From positions 9,262-73,261 of the forward strand of contig CACZZZ010000010.1 of assembly GCA_902785825.1 (NCBI GenBank): a stretch of 64,000 nucleotides of DNA. Direction: 5' to 3'. Both the position numbers and the translations under genes were made by a program. A model generated the notes under the pieces. The model was given only the letters and a program-made list of their open reading frames with translations. It had not been told where the DNA came from and did no database searches. The stretch is from an uncultured Bacteroidia bacterium (GTDB lineage: Bacteria; Bacteroidota; Bacteroidia; Bacteroidales; UBA932). Below, piece by piece: positions 56,601 through 64,000 of this stretch. Numbering within the stretch: the first letter of the stretch is position 1; every line of letters begins with the position of its first letter.

Positions 56601-58229
56601 CTATTTGTAATTGGGATTCTGCTCGAGGTTCGGGTTAGGAGTCAGGGCGCTCTCAGGAATAGGATAGACGGCGACACCCTCGCCCTTGGCCTCATGTGAG
56701 AGCCAGTTCTTCTTGGTGAACACGCCGAAGCGTATGCAACGGGTCCTGTTTCCGAACTCCCAGACGAACTCCCACTTGTACTCGTCGTACAAACGTCCGA
56801 ACTGGATAGGAGAGGTGTCACCTTCCTTGAGGCTCTTGCCATAATCCTCGAGATAGTAGCCGTACTTGTAAGAGGAGTTCTCCTTAAGCTGGTCATCCGT
56901 GACAACGGCCTTCTCGGGATTGTTCTTGAAGTCACGCTGACGGACCTGGGTCACGAGCGCACCGGCTCCGGACTGACCTGAACGAAGGAGGCTCTCGGCC
57001 TTCATCAACAGGATCTCAGCGTAACGGAAGATCGGCTGGTCATTGTCCAAGCTACCAGGGGTGTTGGGCAGGACCTCGAACTTGTTCATACGATAGCCTT
57101 CCCACTCCATGTTGAAGTTACCGCTCTGGATCTCCTTGGTGTAGGCAAGGTCAGGATACACACCGTCGATAGCGTCATAGATACACTTGATAGGCTTGGT
57201 GGTGCCGTACTGGTACTGCACGCCATGGAGGAAGCTGTCGTCAAGACGGCTGTCGTCAGGATCGAAGGTGTCGATGAACTGAGGGATAGCCATCGCTGAT
57301 CCGGAACCCCAAGGGGTAGCGGAGATATTGAACTTCTGCCTGATGGGAGCGCCCCAGGAGAACAGGTGGAGGCTGAATCCGGTGGCGAAACTCTGGCTGA
57401 AAGGAATCGCGAAGATGATCTCCTTGTTGGAGGCGCAGGCGGCCTGGTCAGCAAGGAAGTTGTCGCGGAAGTTCTCGCTGAGCTGGAACTTGCCGCTGTT
57501 GATGATGGCGTCGCAAGCGCTGATGCAGTCCTGCCAGTGGGCGGTGCCGGTGTAAACCTCGGCGTTGATGTAAGTCCTGGCGAGGAGGGCATAGGCGGCC
57601 CACTTGTTCATCAGGCCGTACTGAGCGCCACCTTGGACATCGGAAAGGGCAGGAATAGCCTCGTTGAGTTCCTTGACCACGAAATTGTATATCTCGGTCC
57701 TGGAAGTCTTGGCGGGAAGCTCCTGGGTAGGTTCTGTCACGAGAGGCGCGTCTCCCCAGTTGTCCATCACGATGTAGTAATAGAAGGCGCGGAGGGCCCT
57801 GAGCTCGGCGATGGCGGCGGCCTGAGTGCTGCTGTCAAGGTTAAGCTGGTTGTCTTCCATCTGCTTCAACGCATTGTTGCAGAGACCGATACCTCTCCAG
57901 GTAGCGTTCCATGCCGAGGCGATTTCTCCCTGCTCGGAGTTCCAGGTATGGTAGTGCATACGACGGTAACGTCCACCGTCATCCCAACCTGTTGAGTTCG
58001 GCGGCATGACCAGGACATCGGTGGTGGTGTTGTCCATGGCCCAGAGGCCTGTGTGGCTCTGGTAGCTCCTCATGGGAGTATAGCAAGCGCTGATAACCGG
58101 CCTGAGATCAGTCTGGGAGTATTGATATGAACTCTGCGTCAGGGAGCTGTAAACCTGCTCCGTAAGGTCGGTACAAGCCGTGAAGGCGAAAGCGCAGGCG
58201 ATCGAGATAGCTAAAAATATCTTTTTCAT
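56601..58229 (-). CDS. susD: SusD/RagB-family nutrient-binding outer-membrane lipoprotein
   Basis: 542 aa. Lipobox FAFTAC. Immediately downstream of the SusC-like gene. TPR-like helical core with the typical RAFYYY and AEILLM segments. Confidence 0.85.
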   Translation of the reverse strand: MKKIFLAISIACAFAFTACTDLTEQVYSSLTQSSYQYSQTDLRPVISACYTPMRSYQSHTGLWAMDNTTTDVLVMPPNSTGWDDGGRYRRMHYHTWNSEQGEIASAWNATWRGIGLCNNALKQMEDNQLNLDSSTQAAAIAELRALRAFYYYIVMDNWGDAPLVTEPTQELPAKTSRTEIYNFVVKELNEAIPALSDVQGGAQYGLMNKWAAYALLARTYINAEVYTGTAHWQDCISACDAIINSGKFQLSENFRDNFLADQAACASNKEIIFAIPFSQSFATGFSLHLFSWGAPIRQKFNISATPWGSGSAMAIPQFIDTFDPDDSRLDDSFLHGVQYQYGTTKPIKCIYDAIDGVYPDLAYTKEIQSGNFNMEWEGYRMNKFEVLPNTPGSLDNDQPIFRYAEILLMKAESLLRSGQSGAGALVTQVRQRDFKNNPEKAVVTDDQLKENSSYKYGYYLEDYGKSLKEGDTSPIQFGRLYDEYKWEFVWEFGNRTRCIRFGVFTKKNWLSHEAKGEGVAVYPIPESALTPNPNLEQNPNYK

Positions 58230-58241
58230 AACGCGGTCCGA

Positions 58242-61241
58242 TTAAAATTTGAATGATACACCGAATGTATAGGACCTTGTGGCCGGGTAGCGGTAGTAGC
58301 TGTCGGCACCAGGAGTAAGACCGGTCACGGAGACTTCAGGGTCGATTCCTGTGTAACCGGTGATGGTAGCCACATTGCGGAGGGTGGTGAAGAGACGGAT
58401 CGAACGGATATTCTTGCTCTTGAAGTTGAAAGTGTATCCGAGGGTCACGTTGTCAATCTTCCAATAGTCACCATCCTCGACATAGTAGCTGACATACTGG
58501 CAAGGCTGGTCGTCAGCAAGGACGGCTTTGCCGTAAACCTTGTCGAAAGCGGACTTGAGCACATTGCCTCGGGTCATCATCGTAGGGGTAGCCCACTTCA
58601 TGGCGGTGAGGTTCAGGATCTGGAAACCGAAGGCTCCGCGCATATTGAGGGAGAAGTCGAGGTTCTTCCAGCGGAGAGTGTTGTTCCAGTTGAGATAGTG
58701 TGAAGGAATACCGTTTCCGAGGACCTGCTTGTCAGTAGGCTGCTGGTCGTTGATGGACTTGGGCTGACCGTCCTCACCCTCGATGATCCAGTGGCCGGTG
58801 TCGTCGATGTCCACACTCTTGAAGCCCCAGAAATTACCCAGTGGCTGGCCGACCTGGAGACGGTGGGTGGACTGCTGCATAGGCTCGCCTGTAGATCCCT
58901 GGTCTGAATAGTCAGAAGCCTGGAACTGGTCGTTCGAGAGGCTGAGGAGCTCATTGCGGTTGTGCGAGTAGTTCATCGAGGAATTCCAGGTGAAGTTCTT
59001 CTCGCGGATCACATCCACGCTCACGCCAACTTCGATACCGGTATTGAGGATAGATCCGGCATTGGCGGTCATGGAGTTGTAGATGTAAGGAGGAGTCGCG
59101 ACAGTGTAGTCCCAGAGGAGGTCGAGGGTCTTACGGTTGTACCAGTCGATCGTACCGGTGACACGGTCATCGACAAGTCCGAAGTCCAAACCGACGTTCC
59201 ACTCATGCTTGCGCTCCCAACGGAGGGAAGGGTTGGCGTTCTTGTTCGGCATCAGAGTCTGGTTGAAGCCGCCGTTGAAATAGGCGTTGGTTCCGAACGA
59301 GAGGGTGTTCAGGGACATGTAGCGGGATGAAGGCTCGGTACCTGTCTCTCCATAACCGACCCTGAGTTTGAGGGCGCTGATAACGTCGCTGTCCTTCAGG
59401 AAGGCTTCCTCCTTGACATTCCAAGCGGCTGAGGCTGACCAGAAGTTACCCCATTTGTAGTTCTCACCGAACTTGGTGGAACCCTCACGGCGGAAGGAGC
59501 CGGACAGCATGTAACGACCTTTGTAGTTGTAGTTGACACGGCCGAAGAAACCGATCAAGCTGTCCTCACCCTTGTCGGAAGACATATTCATGTAGCCGCT
59601 CTTGTAACCGGAGTTGATCTGTGTACCGGCGCCGATATTGTTGTATTCATAAGAATCCACGGCGAAGCCGGAGTTCTGCATCCAGTAGTTCTGGGACTCG
59701 TTGCGCAGGTAGGAGTAACCGGCCAAGACGGTGTAGTGGTGATCCTGGGCGAAGGTACTCTGCCACTGGGCCGTGAGCTCCATCAGGTCCTGCTGGCCAC
59801 GATAGGTTCCCCTGGAGGCGAAACCGTTCTTAGGGGTACGGGCGTTGTAGGAGTGGGCGTGGGTCTCGTAGTGGCCCTGAATCCGGTTAAAGACGTTGGA
59901 TGAGAGCAAAGCCTTGAAATCCAGGCCTACAATGGGAGTGAAGGTGACAGCGCCCATCATCCTTAGCATGGTGGCCTCAGTGTTACCCTTGGTCTCGTTC
60001 AGGAGGGAGACGGGGTTGTAGTAATCCGTGATACCAGTATTCTCGGAATATGACCCGTCGGGCTGGTAGATCGGAGTCGTCGGGTTGTAGTTGATGTTGT
60101 TCCAGACAGCAGTGTCGAAAGGACCGCCATCATTACCGTTGTGGTACTTCATGCGGAATCCGTTGACAGAGGCGTTGATCTTGACCTTGTTGTCAAGCAT
60201 CCTGTGGGTGACCTCGATACGGGGGAACATCATGTTGTTGTTGGACATCTTCATGATACCCTGCATGCCCCTGTACTCGAAGGAGGCGACATAGTTGGTC
60301 TGCTTGGTGCCTCCCTTGAGGTTGATGTTGTAGATCTGGGAGATAGGGGTACGGGTTACCTCGTCCAGCCAGTTGACGGAAGCGCCGTCATCATGGAAGC
60401 CGACATGGCCCTGCCCAAGCTGGCGGTACTCGGCGGCCGTCATGTACTGGGGAGCCCTGGTGATCTGCTGGGTGGAAGCATAGGCGTTGACATCAACAGT
60501 CGTAGGCAGCTCGCCCTGGACATTCTTGGTGGTGATGATGATAACGCCGTTTGTGCCGCGGGTACCGTAGATAGCCGCCGCGGAACCATCCTTAAGCACG
60601 TCTATGGACTGGATATCGTCCGGGGAGACCTGGTCAAGGCTTCCTGGGATACCGTCGATCAGCACGAGCGGAGCGGTGCTGGCCTTGAGGGTCGTGGCTC
60701 CACGAAGAGAGATCTGGGTGCTGGAGACAGGGTTGCCGTCAGGATTGTTGACGACCAGGCCGGGAACCTTACCCTTGATAAGGTCGGCGGCGTTGGCGCC
60801 AGGGGTCTTGACAAAGTTCTCTTCCTTGACGGAGGAGATGGCACTGGCCACCTCTGTCTTCTTCATGGTACCGTAACCGATAGCGACGGATTCCTGAAGA
60901 AGGGTTGAATCCTCCTCAAGGGAGACATTGTAAACACTTGCTGAACCAAGAGTGACCTGGACAGTAGCGTAACCCAGGCTACCCACCTCAAGGACCCGCG
61001 TTCCCGCAGGTACATCAAGAGCATAACGTCCATCAGCGCCCGTTACGGTGCCGGTGGTGGTACCAGGAATCATCACAGACGCTCCCGGCACGGGTGCGCC
61101 GGATTTGTCCGTAACGATTCCAGAAACATGTTTTTTGTCGTTCTGCTGGAGTCCAGCGGAACCACTTGTCGCTGAGACAGCCGCCCCAGCCCACGATGTG
61201 GAGAGAAGGGCGACGAGCAACATAGTCAGGACTCGTTTCAT
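58242..61241 (-). CDS. susC: SusC/RagA-family TonB-linked outer-membrane transporter
   Basis: 999 aa. Signal peptide. Carboxypeptidase-regulatory-like domain (VSGIVTDKSGAPVPGASV). SusC signature AIGYGTMKKTEVASAISSV. Plug (IDGIPG) plus a 22-strand barrel ending TFGVSFKF. Confidence 0.9.
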   Translation of the reverse strand: MKRVLTMLLVALLSTSWAGAAVSATSGSAGLQQNDKKHVSGIVTDKSGAPVPGASVMIPGTTTGTVTGADGRYALDVPAGTRVLEVGSLGYATVQVTLGSASVYNVSLEEDSTLLQESVAIGYGTMKKTEVASAISSVKEENFVKTPGANAADLIKGKVPGLVVNNPDGNPVSSTQISLRGATTLKASTAPLVLIDGIPGSLDQVSPDDIQSIDVLKDGSAAAIYGTRGTNGVIIITTKNVQGELPTTVDVNAYASTQQITRAPQYMTAAEYRQLGQGHVGFHDDGASVNWLDEVTRTPISQIYNINLKGGTKQTNYVASFEYRGMQGIMKMSNNNMMFPRIEVTHRMLDNKVKINASVNGFRMKYHNGNDGGPFDTAVWNNINYNPTTPIYQPDGSYSENTGITDYYNPVSLLNETKGNTEATMLRMMGAVTFTPIVGLDFKALLSSNVFNRIQGHYETHAHSYNARTPKNGFASRGTYRGQQDLMELTAQWQSTFAQDHHYTVLAGYSYLRNESQNYWMQNSGFAVDSYEYNNIGAGTQINSGYKSGYMNMSSDKGEDSLIGFFGRVNYNYKGRYMLSGSFRREGSTKFGENYKWGNFWSASAAWNVKEEAFLKDSDVISALKLRVGYGETGTEPSSRYMSLNTLSFGTNAYFNGGFNQTLMPNKNANPSLRWERKHEWNVGLDFGLVDDRVTGTIDWYNRKTLDLLWDYTVATPPYIYNSMTANAGSILNTGIEVGVSVDVIREKNFTWNSSMNYSHNRNELLSLSNDQFQASDYSDQGSTGEPMQQSTHRLQVGQPLGNFWGFKSVDIDDTGHWIIEGEDGQPKSINDQQPTDKQVLGNGIPSHYLNWNNTLRWKNLDFSLNMRGAFGFQILNLTAMKWATPTMMTRGNVLKSAFDKVYGKAVLADDQPCQYVSYYVEDGDYWKIDNVTLGYTFNFKSKNIRSIRLFTTLRNVATITGYTGIDPEVSVTGLTPGADSYYRYPATRSYTFGVSFKF

Positions 61242-61289
61242 ACTAATGATAGATAATTAGTGAGTATTAATTATTTATATATGGTTGGT

Positions 61290-61324
61290 CTTTCGCATTT
61301 TAGCCAAAACCTTCGCAATTTAGC
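61290..61324 (-). promoter_or_regulatory. Two 15-nt direct repeats spaced 20 nt, upstream of susC (candidate regulator binding site)
   Basis: Plus strand CTTTCGCATTTTAGC (61290-61304) and CCTTCGCAATTTAGC (61310-61324), 13/15 identical, 49-83 nt upstream of the susC ATG. Confidence 0.4.
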
Positions 61325-61340
61325 AATTAAATTGGTTAAA

Positions 61341-61379
61341 AACAAAAAAATTGCCCCTCCACTAACGTGGAAGGGCAAT
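61341..61379 (-). terminator. Rho-independent terminator after rplQ
   Basis: Stem TTGCCCCTCCAC (61351-61362) / GTGGAAGGGCAA (61367-61378), 11/12 pairs. On the minus strand it is followed by a T-run (plus-strand A-run 61341-61350). Confidence 0.8.
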
Positions 61380-61408
61380 TAATTGATTATGAATAATTCC
61401 TTATGAAA

Positions 61409-61897
61409 CTATTCGGCCTTCGGCTCCTCAGCGGGTGCCTCAGCGGCGGGAGCGGCCTCAGCCTTGGGCTCGGCCTTCTTGGCGCGGCTGCGGCGAGTGG
61501 ACTTCTTAGCCTCTTTCTTCGCGGAAGCGAGAGCGGCCTCGTTGAAGTCAACGAGCTCGATCAGGGCCATGTCGGCACCGTCACCAAGACGGAAACCGGT
61601 GTGAAGGACGCGGGTGTATCCGCCCGGACGATCAGCGATCTTCGGGGCGATGACACCGAACAACTCCTTGACAGCCTCTTTGTTCTTGAGGTAGCTGAAC
61701 ACAGTACGGCGGGAGTGAGTGGTATCCTCCTTGGACTTGGTGATAAGCGGCTCCACGTATGTCTTCAGGGCCTTAGCCTTGGCGACGGTGGTCTTGATCC
61801 TCTTGTGCTCGATAAGGGAGCAAGCCATGTTCGCCAGCATTGCCTTGCGGTGGCCGCTCTTGCGACCAAGGTGATTGATTGCTTTATTGTGCCTCAT
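61409..61897 (-). CDS. rplQ: 50S ribosomal protein L17
   Basis: [25 protein letters not shown]..., with an Ala/Lys/Glu-rich C-terminal tail. Confidence 0.95.
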   Translation of the reverse strand: MRHNKAINHLGRKSGHRKAMLANMACSLIEHKRIKTTVAKAKALKTYVEPLITKSKEDTTHSRRTVFSYLKNKEAVKELFGVIAPKIADRPGGYTRVLHTGFRLGDGADMALIELVDFNEAALASAKKEAKKSTRRSRAKKAEPKAEAAPAAEAPAEEPKAE

Positions 61898-61899
61898 TT

Positions 61900-62910
61900 C
61901 TAAACAACAGTCTTTTTCTTGGGTTCGATATTATATTTTCTGACATCCATGCCGAACTGGAGCTTCATCCTCTCGACCAGGAGGTCAATCTCGTTGAGAG
62001 ACTTCTTGCCGAAGTTCCTGAACTTCATCAGCTCGTTCCTGGAGTAGGAGACGAGGTCGGCGAATGTGTCGATCTCAGCGGCTTTCAGGCAGTTGTACGC
62101 CCTCACAGAGAGACCCATGTCAGAAAGCTTGGTGAGAAGCAGATGCCTCATCCTGAGGCTCTCCTCGTCAAGCTCCTTGGAGTCTGACTCCACTGTGCTC
62201 TCAAGGGAGATCTTCTTGTCGTCCGTGAAGAGCTTAAAGTGGTAGATGAGAATATTGGCGGCCTCCTGAAGGGCCTGGTTGGGAGAGATCGATCCATCCG
62301 TGATGATCTCAAGATTGAGCTTCTCGTAATCGGTCTTCTGCTCGACACGCCAGTTCTCGACTGTCCAATTGACCTTCCTGATGGGGGTATAGACAGCATC
62401 CACGGGAATGGTCCCGATAGGAGTGTTCTCATCCCTCATCTCCTCGGCGGGCACAAAGCCGCGACCCTTGGTGATGGTCAAAGAGATCTCGAGAGTGACA
62501 GACGGTTCGAGCGAGCAGATATGCTGCTCAGGATTCAACACCTTGAAAGAAGACAATCCTTTTGAGATATCCTCGGCCGTGAACTCATTCTTGCCGCTGA
62601 CGACAATATTCGCGACCTCGGTGTCAACGGACTCAACCATCCTTTTGAAACGAACCTGCTTGAGGTTAAGGATGATGTCCTGCATCCCCTCGATCACACC
62701 GGGGATCGTCGCGAACTCCTGGTCAACGCCGGAGATCTTGATCTGACTGATAGCAAACCCTTCCAGTGAAGCGAGGAGGATACGCCTCAAGGCGTTTCCG
62801 ATGGTCTGGCCGTAGCCAGGCTCCAAAGGCCTGAACTCGAAACGGCCGACGGTGTCGGTTCCCTCAAGCATTATCACCTTATCAGGTTTCTGAAATGCCA
62901 AGATTGCCAT
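61900..62910 (-). CDS. rpoA: DNA-directed RNA polymerase subunit alpha
   Basis: 336 aa. [24 protein letters not shown]-terminal domain [21 protein letters not shown]. Confidence 0.95.
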   Translation of the reverse strand: MAILAFQKPDKVIMLEGTDTVGRFEFRPLEPGYGQTIGNALRRILLASLEGFAISQIKISGVDQEFATIPGVIEGMQDIILNLKQVRFKRMVESVDTEVANIVVSGKNEFTAEDISKGLSSFKVLNPEQHICSLEPSVTLEISLTITKGRGFVPAEEMRDENTPIGTIPVDAVYTPIRKVNWTVENWRVEQKTDYEKLNLEIITDGSISPNQALQEAANILIYHFKLFTDDKKISLESTVESDSKELDEESLRMRHLLLTKLSDMGLSVRAYNCLKAAEIDTFADLVSYSRNELMKFRNFGKKSLNEIDLLVERMKLQFGMDVRKYNIEPKKKTVV

Positions 62911-62936
62911 GTTAGTTCTTTTTGGGTGTTAATACG

Positions 62937-63539
62937 TTACTTGGAGTACAGGTCAACTATGAGCTGCTCATTGATGGACTCAGGGATGTCAGTTCTGGCG
63001 GGCACATTCAGGAACTTGCCGGAAAGGGCCTTGGAGTCGAACTCGATCCATGAATATTTAGTGGCGGAAGCAACGCTCTTCTGGATGACCTCCAGGCTCT
63101 TGGAGCGCTCCCTGACAGCGATGACGTCACCAGGCTTGACCTGGACGGAAGGGATGTTGCACACCTCACCGTTGAGGGTGATGTGGGCATGGTTCACGAG
63201 CTGCCTGGCGGCGGCCCTTGAAGGGGCGATTCCCATCCTGTAAACAACGTTGTCAATTCTGGACTCAAGGAGGAAGAGGAGGTTCTCACCTCTCTGGCCG
63301 CTCATGCGGGTAGCCTTGAGATAAGTGTTGTGGAACTGACGCTCGAGAAGACCATACATGTAGCGGACCTTCTGCTTCTCCTTCAGCTGCTGACCATACT
63401 CCTTCTGCTTTTTGCGCTTGGAGGCGAGGCCATGCTGTCCCGGAGGATAGTTCCTCTTCTCAAAATCCTTGTCGCTTCCGAATATAGGCTCGCCGAACTT
63501 ACGGGCGATCTTGGTGGTAGGACCAGTATATCTTGCCAT
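62937..63539 (-). CDS. rpsD: 30S ribosomal protein S4
   Basis: [21 protein letters not shown]..., with an S4 RNA-binding domain. Confidence 0.95.
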   Translation of the reverse strand: MARYTGPTTKIARKFGEPIFGSDKDFEKRNYPPGQHGLASKRKKQKEYGQQLKEKQKVRYMYGLLERQFHNTYLKATRMSGQRGENLLFLLESRIDNVVYRMGIAPSRAAARQLVNHAHITLNGEVCNIPSVQVKPGDVIAVRERSKSLEVIQKSVASATKYSWIEFDSKALSGKFLNVPARTDIPESINEQLIVDLYSK

Positions 63540-63559
63540 AATTGAATCTGATTAAAAAA

Positions 63560-63946
63560 TTAAACTTTACGGCGGCCCTTCGGTCTGCAACCATTGTGGG
63601 GCATAGGAGTCACATCGATGATCTCGGTGACGACGATCCCGGCGTTATTGATGGTCCTGATAGCGGACTCACGGCCGGCTCCAGGGCCCTTGACATAGAC
63701 TTTGACCTTGCGGAGACCAGCGTCGTAAGCGGTCTTGGAAGCGTCCTCAGCAGCCATCTGGGCGGCGTAAGGAGTGTTCTTCTTGGATCCGCGGAAACCG
63801 CACTTACCAGCTGATGACCAGCTGATGACCTGTCCCTGGTTGTTGGTCAGGGAGACGATCACGTTGTTGAAGGTTGATGAAATATGGGCCTGGCCCGTAG
63901 CCTCAACCTTGACAACTCTCTTTGATGCTGTAGTTTTCTTTGCCAT
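63560..63946 (-). CDS. rpsK: 30S ribosomal protein S11
   Basis: [16 protein letters not shown]..., [30 protein letters not shown]. Confidence 0.95.
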   Translation of the reverse strand: MAKKTTASKRVVKVEATGQAHISSTFNNVIVSLTNNQGQVISWSSAGKCGFRGSKKNTPYAAQMAAEDASKTAYDAGLRKVKVYVKGPGAGRESAIRTINNAGIVVTEIIDVTPMPHNGCRPKGRRKV

Positions 63947-63959
63947 AATTCATCAATTT

Positions 63960-64000
63960 TTACTTGGTCGCCTTCTTCTTGTTAGCGACAGTCTTCTTCT
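63960..64000 (-). CDS. rpsM: 30S ribosomal protein S13, 3' end only (truncated by the window edge)
   Basis: Minus-strand reading ends ...KKTVANKKKATK-stop (TAA at 63960-63962). Position upstream of rpsK fits the conserved order. Only about 13 codons are visible. Confidence 0.5.
   Translation of the reverse strand, partial: KKTVANKKKATK

Overview
High-density chromosomal window from a Bacteroidota (Bacteroidales-type) genome. Supporting evidence: a SusC/SusD pair, BACON-domain lipoproteins, recurrent TAnnTTTG -7 promoter boxes, and the rpsM-rpsK-rpsD-rpoA-rplQ gene order. Layout: (1) 0.1-3.3 kb: GH29 and GH43 glycosidases, then tRNA-Leu(CAA). (2) 3.5-13.2 kb, + strand housekeeping block: YpfJ-like Zn peptidase, long and short NagB, a secreted hypothetical, PurL, a 52-aa rubredoxin missing from the ORF track, and CysS. 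(3) 13.2-22.1 kb, - strand: a GH92 / phosphodiester-glycosidase (NAGPA-like) fusion, then a two-gene unit of an Oar-like TonB-dependent transporter plus a BACON / multi-OB-fold lipoprotein. (4) metK with a candidate SAM-II leader. (5) An uncharacterised lipoprotein plus beta-barrel operon, and an M16 peptidase. (6) smpB-miaA-purE plus a secreted TPR-like protein. (7) An AT-rich islet at about 33.06-35.37 kb holding an HUH-Y1 (IS200/RAYT-like) transposase homologue broken by one in-frame TAA, and a membrane-protein/wHTH operon. (8) A 26-kb same-strand array, 35.4-61.2 kb: SusC/SusD, three GH127-clan enzymes, an acyltransferase, a GH63/37-like enzyme, an H+-PPase, a LacI regulator, a GH140-like enzyme, two GH3 and a GH78. 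(9) rplQ-rpoA-rpsD-rpsK-(rpsM). I found no rRNA, CRISPR array, intact mobile element or recognisable defence system. The most unusual signal is a small family of GNA-triloop hairpin elements with a GAGCGAAGCGA-type core. They sit in frame inside three unrelated genes (cysS, the GH92 fusion, miaA). The miaA copy is part of a 192-nt insert whose 3' 131 nt can be drawn as a four-way junction. All functional calls rest on motif recognition by eye; no searches were run. Hand-derived coordinates may be off by 1-2 nt.
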